In this document: positions 8,729 through 17,007 of the stretch, piece by piece
Layout of the letters: each line of letters starts with the position of its first letter
Position numbering within the stretch: position 1 is the first letter of the stretch
Assembly (NCBI GenBank): GCA_963665325.3
Contig: OZ224045.1
Location: 2,112,001-2,176,000 of the forward strand
Length of the DNA: 64,000 nucleotides
Source: Alphaproteobacteria bacterium
GTDB taxonomy: Bacteria > Pseudomonadota > Alphaproteobacteria > Bin95
Reading direction: 5' to 3'
The notes under the pieces: generated by a model
Database searches by the model: none
What the model was told of the DNA's origin: nothing
The model's input: only the letters and a program-made list of their open reading frames with translations
Made by a program: the position numbers and the translations under genes

Positions 8729-9301
8729 ATGGCAACACTGCATGTGGTTGCCGGCCCGAACGGATGCGGCAAGTCCACCCTGACAAGAATGAGGGGCTTC
8801 GGCGATATCGAGGCCATCGACCCGGACGCCATTGAGCGCGATCAAGGGTCCGGAAACCCGGGCGCGGCCGCCCGCGAGGCGTTGCGCCGGCGGCGGGACG
8901 CACTTGCATCCGGCCGGTCCCACCTGGTGGAAACCACCCTTGCCGGCGCCGGCGTTCTCCGCCACATGGAGGTCGCGCGGAGGGCAGGCTACCGGATCGT
9001 CCTGCACTATGTGTCCGTCGCCTCGTCCGCCCAGGCGCTTGATCGTATCCGCAACCGGGTCGCGTTCGGCGGTCACGATATCCCGGAAGCGGACGTGCGG
9101 CGGCGATTTGCGCGCTCGCACGCCAATCTGCCGGCGGCGATGGTGCGGGCGGACCTGTCTCTGCTCTACGACAACGCCGATTCTGATCGGCCGCATCGGG
9201 CGTTTGCGATTCTGGGCGAGGGGACAAGGTGGATTGCCAATGCGGTTCCAGGTTGGGCGGTCGCGGCTCTCGCCCGGGCCGGGCCGCTACTACCGGGGTG
9301 A
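8729..9301 (+). CDS. Zeta-toxin/AAA_33-like P-loop kinase
   Basis: VVAGPNGCGKSTLT, IDPDAI, VETTLAG, RVAFGGHDIPEADVRRRFARSHANL, LYDN. Confidence 0.85.
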   Translation: MATLHVVAGPNGCGKSTLTRMRGFGDIEAIDPDAIERDQGSGNPGAAAREALRRRRDALASGRSHLVETTLAGAGVLRHMEVARRAGYRIVLHYVSVASSAQALDRIRNRVAFGGHDIPEADVRRRFARSHANLPAAMVRADLSLLYDNADSDRPHRAFAILGEGTRWIANAVPGWAVAALARAGPLLPG

Positions 9302-9375
9302 GACCGGCGGACAATGCCAACCTGCGGTTGGATCGGCCGTTGGTGGAAACGGCCTTTGTGGCTATGGTGGCTATC

Positions 9376-9627
9376 ATGAAACAGATCGCAGCCAGGGATG
9401 CCAAGAACCGCTTCGGGCAATTTCTCGATGCCGCCCAGAGCTCGCCCGTGAGCGTGACCAAAATGGGTCGCCCGGTCGGGGTAATGATGTCGATGCAGCA
9501 CTATGAACGGCTGCGCGGTGCCGCCTGGGAACGTTTGGCTGCGACGATGGATGCAATAGGCGAAGAAGCATCCGCGAACGGTTTGACGGAGGACGGACTC
9601 GAAGCGCTTCTGGCGGATGAGAGCTGA
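9376..9627 (+). CDS. Phd/YefM family antitoxin
   Basis: MKQIAARDAKNRFGQFLDAAQSSPVSVTKMGRPVGV; tandem GTGGCTAT repeat just upstream (possible operator). Confidence 0.9.
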   Translation: MKQIAARDAKNRFGQFLDAAQSSPVSVTKMGRPVGVMMSMQHYERLRGAAWERLAATMDAIGEEASANGLTEDGLEALLADES

Positions 9628-10039
9628 CCGCGTTGTTGCCGATACCAACGTCCTGATCAGCGCGGTGCTGCGCCCTCAGGGACCGCCGCGCGCAGCGATC
9701 GATGCGGTCAGGCTGGAGAACGGTGTTCTCCTGTTGTCTGAGGGGACCCCGATGGAGCTTCGGACGCGGATTTTGGGCCGGAAGTTCGATCGTTATGTCG
9801 GCCGGGATGTGCGGACAGCGTGGGTGGCCCAGCTTGAAGCGGTCTCGGAATGGATTCCGGTCTTTGGCGCAAGGCTCGGGTGTCGGGATCCGGCCGACGA
9901 CAAGCTGCTTGAGACGGCCCTGATGGGCGATGCCGGCTGCCTGATTACGGGTGACCGGGACCTCTTGGCGATGTCGCCGTTTCGCGGGATTCCTGTGCTG
10001 ACGCCGGCTGCTTTCCTGGACAGCGTGAGGAGCGGATAG
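9617..10039 (+). CDS. PIN-domain (VapC-like) toxin
   Basis: VVADTNVLISA, CRDPADDKLLETA, LITGDRDLL; overlaps the antitoxin. Confidence 0.9.
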   Translation: MRADRVVADTNVLISAVLRPQGPPRAAIDAVRLENGVLLLSEGTPMELRTRILGRKFDRYVGRDVRTAWVAQLEAVSEWIPVFGARLGCRDPADDKLLETALMGDAGCLITGDRDLLAMSPFRGIPVLTPAAFLDSVRSG

Positions 10040-10059
10040 CGCCAATCGGGACAGGCCTG

Positions 10060-12081
10060 TCACAAGCCAGTCTCCAAGCTGACGGAATCAGACACCTCGA
10101 ACGAGGTCCTGGACCGGTAGAGGAGCGAATTGTGGGGGAACAGTTCCGGGAGAGACCCGGGGCGTGTGGCTTCGTGGAACACGATCCTGGCGAAGTCCTT
10201 GCGGTTCCGTTCCTCTTCGAAGGCAGTTGCCGCGAGCGCGGCGGCGGCGGCCCGGCGGGGGCCGAGAATTCGGCAGGCGCGCTGCCAGTCGTTCTCCGAG
10301 AGACCCAGCCGCCCGGTGGCAAGGCCGTGTGCGGCCGCGGTCAGCTCGTCCCAGTCCAGTTCGGAGCCGTCGTCGATGCGCTCGCGTATCGAACGGGGGC
10401 CGTGCCGCTTCATGACTTCCGGGCCGGGCAGAAGTTCGGGAGCTGCGGGCTGGAATTCACCGTTCTCGAGCGCGGCGACGACGGCCAGGTCGATCTCGGC
10501 CTCGATCGCGGAGAGAGCCCGTGCATGGATGCCGTGAAACCAGTTCCTGTCGTATTGGCTCCTCAGCGCGGCGATCCGGTGGATGAGGCGGGGCTCCGGG
10601 GCGAGGTGCGGGCGCGGCGCGGCATACAGGACCGCGGCGGCCGCGCCTCTGGGCCCGACTTTGTCTTCGAGACGGGCCCAGGTCTCGTCGTCGATGTCGA
10701 GCGTCTGTCGGCCCAGCCGTCGGGCATTGTCGATCACCGAGTCCCAGCCGTGGCACTGGCCGGGAGCGGCGGAGACAGGCGCCCATTGCGTTTCGGGGAT
10801 GCGTCCCCGGATGTCGTGGATGTCGGGGACCGGCTTGAGAGGCTCTGTGAAGGCGATGGCTGCCGGAGAAGTGCCGAACCCGTCTCCAGCGGAGACGATC
10901 TCGTCGAGATCGAGTGTGCCAGCGCGGGCCAAGCGTATCGCCGACTCGAAACAGAGCTCGGCCAGGCCGTAATGCCGGGGACTCCAGTTATCCCAAGACA
11001 GAGCCAGCATGGCGACGACCGTGAAGGCGCGCTGTCCCAGCAGCTCCTTCGCCTCCGACAGGTCGGGCTTGTTGGCGAACCGGTACCGGTTCGGAAGATG
11101 GATGCGCACCATCCGGTCGTAGAGATTGTGCCAGGAGCACATGTCCGTGTCCGGGCCTGTCGGCGAGTGCGGGCAGCGGCGTCTGTACAGTTCGCGGGCC
11201 CGCTCCAGCGACGGGGTCCGGACGTCCAGGGTTCCGGAGTTCGGGAGGAGGGACAGCCGCGCGGTTGCCTGGACGAGCTTGCGGGCGGTCCGGTCGAGGG
11301 TGGCGGGCTTCTTGAGCGCGGCGGCGACCGTGCCGCGCAACGAGCCCGCAGGGTCGGAGACGAGCTCGAGCGACTGCTTGGCCATTGCGATGATGGCGGC
11401 CGCAGCCGCGCCGTGCCGCCCGAGCTGCGTCCGGGCCTGCCGCCAGTCCTCTCTCGGGACGAGCCGGTCGAAGAGGGCGATGCGGCGGGCCTGGTGGATG
11501 ACCTGGGGCCAGAGGGGCGCCTGGCGGTCCGGCCCCGGCGGATGGATATGGCGAAGGAGAGTCGCCAGGACATTCGGGTCGGGAAGGCCAGGCGCCGCGA
11601 CTGCGGGCTCCGTCTCGTACCGGACTGCCGCGAGCAGCTCTTCCGCCCGGGCCCGCAGGTCGCAATCGCCCCGCGCCAGTGCGCTCAGGGTCTCGTCGAG
11701 CGCAGTCGGTCCCGGCAGGGTTCCGAGGTCCAGAGATTCGGCGACATCGGCAAGAATGACGGCTGCTGCTGCGGCTTCCGGGCCGACCTTGCGGGCATGG
11801 GCCTTGAAATGATCCTCGGGCTCTTCGACGTAGAGGTGCGATGGGGTTATCGGACCGCTGTCCCCGTCATCGAAATGGTGGAAGGGACTGCCCGGATATC
11901 CGGCCCAGAGGAAAGGAAGAATGTGGGGCGCCAGGCGTGCGAGGTCCTCCGGGGTTTCGGGCGGGCCGCCCGGGAGCACCCGGGGAGCGGCCTGCGACCA
12001 GGGCAGCAGCTGGCGCAGGGTCTCCAGTGAGGGAAGGGGGACGGGCGGCCGGTTCCCGGCCGCGATGTCGGTGTCGGTCAT
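10060..12081 (-). CDS. 673-aa protein of about five tandem RepC C-terminal-like domains
   Basis: Five units with the pattern (L/V/T)P..W..(L/V)...A....W..A...(L/V)G..(G/R)AAAA: KVGPEAAAAAVIL, DWRQARTQLGRHGAAAAAII, EAKELLGQRAFTVVAML, TWARLEDKVGPRGAAAAVL, LGLSENDWQRACRILGPRRAAAAAL; ATGA overlap with the upstream gene. Confidence 0.7.
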   Translation of the reverse strand: MTDTDIAAGNRPPVPLPSLETLRQLLPWSQAAPRVLPGGPPETPEDLARLAPHILPFLWAGYPGSPFHHFDDGDSGPITPSHLYVEEPEDHFKAHARKVGPEAAAAAVILADVAESLDLGTLPGPTALDETLSALARGDCDLRARAEELLAAVRYETEPAVAAPGLPDPNVLATLLRHIHPPGPDRQAPLWPQVIHQARRIALFDRLVPREDWRQARTQLGRHGAAAAAIIAMAKQSLELVSDPAGSLRGTVAAALKKPATLDRTARKLVQATARLSLLPNSGTLDVRTPSLERARELYRRRCPHSPTGPDTDMCSWHNLYDRMVRIHLPNRYRFANKPDLSEAKELLGQRAFTVVAMLALSWDNWSPRHYGLAELCFESAIRLARAGTLDLDEIVSAGDGFGTSPAAIAFTEPLKPVPDIHDIRGRIPETQWAPVSAAPGQCHGWDSVIDNARRLGRQTLDIDDETWARLEDKVGPRGAAAAVLYAAPRPHLAPEPRLIHRIAALRSQYDRNWFHGIHARALSAIEAEIDLAVVAALENGEFQPAAPELLPGPEVMKRHGPRSIRERIDDGSELDWDELTAAAHGLATGRLGLSENDWQRACRILGPRRAAAAALAATAFEEERNRKDFARIVFHEATRPGSLPELFPHNSLLYRSRTSFEVSDSVSLETGL

Positions 12082-12905
12082 GGTTTTTCGCCCTTGAGCT
12101 CGCGGGACTTGATGAACGCGGTCGTGCCTTCATGTGTGGAAAGCTGCTTCAGGATCTTGTCGGGCAACTCTTCCGGGACCGGTCCGGGATGTTCGAGGAT
12201 TTCGTTTACCGTGATGCACACGGCGATCACCGCGCCGAACTCGTCCTGGCGACGGCAAAGGGTCTTCCAGACGCGCGGCGATATCCGGAACTCGGGCAGG
12301 GCCCGCTTCGTCGCCGCGATCACGGTCTTGCAGTCCAGCCTGCCGAGAGGCGGCATGAACCGCGCGAGAGGCACGGGCATGCGGCTGACCGCCAGGGCGG
12401 CCAGCCAATGATCGATATCGGCCGGCGCAAGCGCGTCGCGCTCGGCTTCGGTCATCGTCTCGATCTTTTCGACGAGCGCGTGCGCTTCCCTGATCGAGGG
12501 GGGCATGCGCTCCCGTCCCCGTATCTCCACGGGCGGGAGATCGGCGAAAGCTGCGGGAGATATTGCCTGGAGCGGGGTATCGGAGGATCCGGGATCGTTG
12601 TCGTTCCCGATCTCGACCGGCACGAAAGCTCCGATCTCTCTGAGCCGGTGCGCATATTCCAGAAACTCGGCCTCGGTCAGTCCCAGTGCCATCATGGCTT
12701 GCTGCGGTGTCACGGTTGATACGGGACGCCCGCCCGCGAGCCATTCCTTCTCGTCGATGCTGCCAATCCAGTATTCCAGCAGGCGGACCGGCCCTTCCGG
12801 ATCGCTGCCCAGCCCCGCGCGCGCCGCAACAGCGGGGAGTCGCAGAAGCCGGATAACCTCCCGGGGGTCGGTGTCGTTTGGCAAGCCGTTGGCGAGGTCA
12901 GGCAT
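12078..12905 (-). CDS. Shortened, divergent RepC paralogue (wHTH-like N-terminus plus C-terminal domain)
   Basis: VRLLEYWIGSIDEKEWLAGGRPVSTVTPQQAMMALGLTEAEF resembles the RepC wHTH; FRISPRVWKTLCRRQDEFGAVIAVCI resembles the RepC C-terminus; 8-nt overlap with the repC stop. Confidence 0.65.
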   Translation of the reverse strand: MPDLANGLPNDTDPREVIRLLRLPAVAARAGLGSDPEGPVRLLEYWIGSIDEKEWLAGGRPVSTVTPQQAMMALGLTEAEFLEYAHRLREIGAFVPVEIGNDNDPGSSDTPLQAISPAAFADLPPVEIRGRERMPPSIREAHALVEKIETMTEAERDALAPADIDHWLAALAVSRMPVPLARFMPPLGRLDCKTVIAATKRALPEFRISPRVWKTLCRRQDEFGAVIAVCITVNEILEHPGPVPEELPDKILKQLSTHEGTTAFIKSRELKGEKP

Positions 12906-14598
12906 GGTGCAGTTCCGTTTCCCTTTCAGCTCTGCGGCTGCTGTTTCCTCCGGTGCGGACCGTTGCTTGCTCTGCAAGGAGCTGCTCGTAGTGGCGCTCG
13001 ACTTCGTCGAGATACGGCCAGCAGCGATATCGGGAGACCAGCTCTCGCCAGGCCAGAAGAAGACCGCGCGGGTCTGCGGCGGTCCGGCAGATGGCTGCCA
13101 TGGTCGCCTGGTCGGCCCGCTGCCCGCCGACTCGCAGCGGTACGGGTCGAAGGCTGGGCTCCGGACCGGGGATGGAATGTTCTTCCTCTGTTGCTGGCGC
13201 GACCCGGTCGACGTGAAGCTGCTCGCTGCGCTCGATCGCGCCCCATAGCGAGCCCGCAAGGTTGAGAGTTCCCTTCCGGGCCCGCTCCGTCAGCTTCCGG
13301 AAATAGCCGCCGGCGCTGGTGTGGATCTCGCCGGCGTCGTCCCGCGAGGCGACGATCACGACCGCCATGGATGCCCAGGCAGGCGAGAGAGCCGTACAGG
13401 CGTCGCGCCAGGCTTCGGGCGATATCCCGAGTTCGCTGCGGGTCCGCGCGGCGGCCTCGAAGAACTCCTCTGCGGTCGGAGGCCGCCCGGCAGGCAGGAA
13501 ACGCGACTGGCGCGGGCTGAGGGAGTCCAGGATGAGCCACGCCGGCGGTCCTCCGGGGACCGGCGAGCGGCCGAGGCCGGAGGGACTACCGTCTCCCCTT
13601 TCCGGCGAAGGGCGGGCGGCAGGCGCTGTGCGCGGTTTCGGAGAAGGCTCTGTCGGTGGGTCTGCCGCTACAAGAGTACTCTCTTGGAATTGGTCTGTAA
13701 TTGAATTGGACCCTGTCGTCAGAGGGTACCCCAGGGTGAAAATTTCAGCATCTTTTTCGGATTCAGGCGGTGCGGAGACAGAGGGTTCGACCTCCTCCAC
13801 GATCGGCAGTTCGCCAGCATCCAGGCGCGGTTCGGTGAGTGTGCGAGCCTGGTGCTCAACGTCGAGGGCCTCGTCCCGAAGAGAACGAAGGATGGCGATG
13901 TTGGAGCGGTCGATACGCTTCGCGTCGGGGAGCGCCAGGACACGGGCGAGCAACGGCTGGAGTGCGCCTGCGGGCGCCTCGTCCCTGCGCAGCGCGGCCT
14001 GGAGAAGAATCCGAGTGTGGCAGCGGATGGTCGAAATCCTGTGGACCAGGCCCTCGCTCTCGATCTCCTCTTCCTCGGCCAGCAGCTGCGCGTCATCGAC
14101 TTCATCGGCGATGGCGTCCAGGGGGGCGAAGGTCACGCCATTGGCCCAGCGGATGCGGCCGTCCTGCTTGCTGCGCTTGCCGTCGCGGCGCCGGCTGGCC
14201 GTGTCGGTCCAGTAAAGGAAGCCGGCCCGAGCGAGATCCTTCTCGATGTTGGAGACGGTGCGCGGGCTGAGGTCCAGCTTCTCGGCAAGTTTCCGTTTGC
14301 TTATCCAGACGGTGGGCGGGCAGTCGCCCGGCTCGAAGTCGTTCCGGAAAAGCTTCTTGAACGACAGACGGAGATATTCGACATGGACGGGCTTCAAGCC
14401 GAAGCGCTCCCGGACGCGCCTGACCTCGAGGCGGGCGTGAAGCGCCCAATGGTCGAGGCCGTCCTCGCGGCCCGTCCAGGCCTCGGCGGCATCGCGTGCA
14501 CGGTCGAACTCGGGCTTGTGGAGTCGGCAGCCGGTGGAACCGGGGCCGCGCGGGGTGTTGCCGCTGCGAGAGCGGCCTGTACCGTCTTGTTCTGACAT
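12898..14598 (-). CDS. repC: repABC-type replication initiator RepC with an extended C-terminus
   Basis: DFEPGDCPPTVWISKRKLAEKLDLSPRTVSNIEKDLARAGF, DTASRRRDGKR, ANGVTFAPL, LGISPEAWRDAC, SAGGYFRKLTERARKGTLNL; start MSEQ chosen over 14781. Confidence 0.85.
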   Translation of the reverse strand: MSEQDGTGRSRSGNTPRGPGSTGCRLHKPEFDRARDAAEAWTGREDGLDHWALHARLEVRRVRERFGLKPVHVEYLRLSFKKLFRNDFEPGDCPPTVWISKRKLAEKLDLSPRTVSNIEKDLARAGFLYWTDTASRRRDGKRSKQDGRIRWANGVTFAPLDAIADEVDDAQLLAEEEEIESEGLVHRISTIRCHTRILLQAALRRDEAPAGALQPLLARVLALPDAKRIDRSNIAILRSLRDEALDVEHQARTLTEPRLDAGELPIVEEVEPSVSAPPESEKDAEIFTLGYPLTTGSNSITDQFQESTLVAADPPTEPSPKPRTAPAARPSPERGDGSPSGLGRSPVPGGPPAWLILDSLSPRQSRFLPAGRPPTAEEFFEAAARTRSELGISPEAWRDACTALSPAWASMAVVIVASRDDAGEIHTSAGGYFRKLTERARKGTLNLAGSLWGAIERSEQLHVDRVAPATEEEHSIPGPEPSLRPVPLRVGGQRADQATMAAICRTAADPRGLLLAWRELVSRYRCWPYLDEVERHYEQLLAEQATVRTGGNSSRRAERETELHHA

Positions 14599-14656
14599 GA
14601 TTTTCGACGCTCGGCGGCGTCCATGCCTCGATCCCCACTTTTTTCGCTTTCCCGGC

Positions 14657-14685
14657 TTGACTGGGCAGACCGGGGGGGTTACCTT
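14657..14685 (+). promoter_or_regulatory. Sigma70-like promoter antisense to the repC leader
   Basis: TTGACT (14657-62), 17-bp spacer, TACCTT (14680-85). Confidence 0.55.
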
Positions 14686-14691
14686 CCGCGC

Positions 14692-14800
14692 TTGAGGCGC
14701 TTCGGAAGGTCCTTGATTGTCGTGTGGGGACTGAAGCTTCAGTCCGATTTTCGGGCTAAGATCGGGGGGCGGAAAGGGCATTCCGCTCCCCGCTTTCTTT
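14692..14800 (+). ncRNA. Putative counter-transcribed RNA (ctRNA) controlling repC
   Basis: Lies downstream of the promoter; perfect 18-bp palindrome GGACTGAAGCTTCAGTCC (14728-45); terminator-like GGGGGGCGGAA-AGGGCA-TTCCGCTCCCC followed by GCTTTCTTT. Confidence 0.5.
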
Positions 14801-15123
14801 AACCGCTTGACCGCTGAGGGCTAACCGAGCACAATTCTCCGGCTCCTAAGGTTAGAAGCCTGCCGGCTGTGGTGGCTAAGACAGGAGCATGTGCCAGCCC
14901 GGCGGGATCGCGGCGCCATCTTCGGGCTCCAGGTCCTGTCGCCCGAGCGTCTTTTGGAACAACAGCACGGGGGCTGCCGCCGCTACATCGCTGTCGGTCT
15001 GGCGGGTGCCGATATGGCTGCGGATATCGGCAAGATCGTCGGGCATGGGTCGCGTTTCCCCCTTGTCTCGTGTCTCGTCGCGACTCTATCACAGCGATTG
15101 CAGCGCGAGGAAAGCGCCAGCGG

Positions 15124-16980
15124 TCAGGCCATGCCGACCAGCTGATAGACGGCGACCGGCGCGGCTCGGCCCTTGACCTCCATCTCTCCCACCGGTTCGA
15201 CCTCGAACAGCCCGTCGAGATCGGCCACCGTCGCGGCGCTGAGGATGATCGCGACCTCGGCACCGGGCGAGACGTCCTTACCGAGCTGCTCCAGCCGCTG
15301 CGCGATGTTCACGTCGTCGCCGATGACCGTGTAGTTCACGCGGCTCGGCGGGCCGATATTGCCTGCCGTCGCCTGCCCCGAATGGATGCCGAGGCGCACG
15401 CGGACGGGCGGCTCGCCCCGGCTTTCCCGCTCGCGGTTGTCGGCGGCGATTCCCTCGCGGATGGCGAGCGCCGCCCAGCAGGCGCGGATGGCGCGATTCT
15501 TCTGCTTCTCCGGCGCGCCCCAAAACGCCATCACGCTGTCGCCGATGAACTTGTCCACGGTGCCTTCCTCGGCCTCGATGGCGCTCGTCAGGATGCCAAA
15601 ATGGCGGTTGAGCAGGTCTGCGACCTCAGCCGCGCTCTTGCCTTCGGATATCGTTGAGTATCCGGCGATGTCGCTGAACATCACGGTGACATTGCGCCGG
15701 TCCGACGCCAGCGATGCGAGGTCGCCTTCGCGCATGAGTTGATGGACCAGCGAGCGCGGCACATAGGCCTGGAACCATCTGAGCGCGCCTGTCATCGAGT
15801 TGAAGGCGTTCGACTGCTCGTCCAGTTCCCGCACCCGGCTCGCCGGCAGCTCCCGGATATCGTCCAGGCGTAATTCGCCGATCAGGCGGGCGACGGAGGA
15901 AAGGCGCAGCACGGGCCGCGAGAGCCGCCGGCCGATGAACAGCGCCAGCAGGACGGAGAGAACAAGCGCGCCGACGCCGATCACGATGGAATTGACCAGG
16001 CGGTCGATCTCGTCGCTGACGATGTCGGTGTCGAAATAGGTCCCGACGATGAGCGGCGTCGCCGTGTAGGAGTCGAACTGCCGGTAGAGGAACACGTAGT
16101 GGGAGCCGTCCGCCTCGACCAGATGGCTCTTCGTTGGCGGGAGGGGCTTGATCGTCGTTGGCCGCATGGTCTCCCGGTCCCACATGCGGGCCAGGATGCG
16201 GTCCCCGAATCCCGACAGCGCGGGCAGCGGCTCTTTCAGGGAGAGGCCCGGATATCCGGGCGCCATCAACTTGTGGGCCAGCACCCGCTCCTTGCCGTAG
16301 AGCAGGAAAGTGTGGGGAACCCTGCCATCGGTACCGCCCGCCAGATATTCCGACAGGCTCTTGACGCCGAGCACGATCACCAGGATGCCGCGGAAGCTGT
16401 CCTCGCTGTAGATGGGCACCTGCAGAGACAGGAACGTCGAGTCGTAATCGGGCCGGTAAATGGGCGGCACCCAGATCGGCTTCCTGCTGGACTGGCCGTA
16501 TCGCAGCGCCGCTTCGGCTGCCAGGTCGCCCGAGAAGTCCAGCGTCGCCACCTTCGCCAGGGTTTCCGTTCTCTCGGTCAGGGACGCTTGCCCGTCGGCG
16601 CGGATATAGACGATGGCGTTGATGGCGGGGTCCGCCGCCATCGCGCCGAACAGGAGCCCGCCCACATGGTCGAGGTCGTCAGGATCGACCTCTCCGGCAT
16701 GCAGGGCGCGCGCCACGAAGTCCGCCTGGTTGGCGGCAGCCTGGAAATGGCTTTCCACTTGCCGCGCGAGAGTGCCGATGCCGAGGTCCGCCCTGTCCCG
16801 CAACAGGTCCATGGTGTTGCGGGTCGCGCTGTAGACGGCGAAGCCCAGCACCACGAGGATGGAAATCGAGATCAGCGAGCCGAAACTCAGGACCAGCAGC
16901 CAGGACAGCGAAAGCCTGCGGCGCGGCTGTCGCTGCCCGGCGACGGGCGTTCCCAGGACAGCGGATTGCGGCCGGTTCAT
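15124..16980 (-). CDS. Membrane class III adenylate/guanylate cyclase (sensor, HAMP and cyclase domains)
   Basis: Two TM helices, VTVMFSDIAGYS, VDKFIGDSVMAFWGAP, VRLGIHSG, YTVIGDDVNIAQRLE. Confidence 0.93.
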   Translation of the reverse strand: MNRPQSAVLGTPVAGQRQPRRRLSLSWLLVLSFGSLISISILVVLGFAVYSATRNTMDLLRDRADLGIGTLARQVESHFQAAANQADFVARALHAGEVDPDDLDHVGGLLFGAMAADPAINAIVYIRADGQASLTERTETLAKVATLDFSGDLAAEAALRYGQSSRKPIWVPPIYRPDYDSTFLSLQVPIYSEDSFRGILVIVLGVKSLSEYLAGGTDGRVPHTFLLYGKERVLAHKLMAPGYPGLSLKEPLPALSGFGDRILARMWDRETMRPTTIKPLPPTKSHLVEADGSHYVFLYRQFDSYTATPLIVGTYFDTDIVSDEIDRLVNSIVIGVGALVLSVLLALFIGRRLSRPVLRLSSVARLIGELRLDDIRELPASRVRELDEQSNAFNSMTGALRWFQAYVPRSLVHQLMREGDLASLASDRRNVTVMFSDIAGYSTISEGKSAAEVADLLNRHFGILTSAIEAEEGTVDKFIGDSVMAFWGAPEKQKNRAIRACWAALAIREGIAADNRERESRGEPPVRVRLGIHSGQATAGNIGPPSRVNYTVIGDDVNIAQRLEQLGKDVSPGAEVAIILSAATVADLDGLFEVEPVGEMEVKGRAAPVAVYQLVGMA

Positions 16981-17007
16981 GATCCCTCCCCGGATTCCGC
17001 GCCGGCG

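Noticed and set aside
14599-14781. N-terminal extension of RepC in the ORF track
   Set aside because: Overlaps the ctRNA-like promoter and hairpins and looks non-coding; RepC similarity begins after MSEQ
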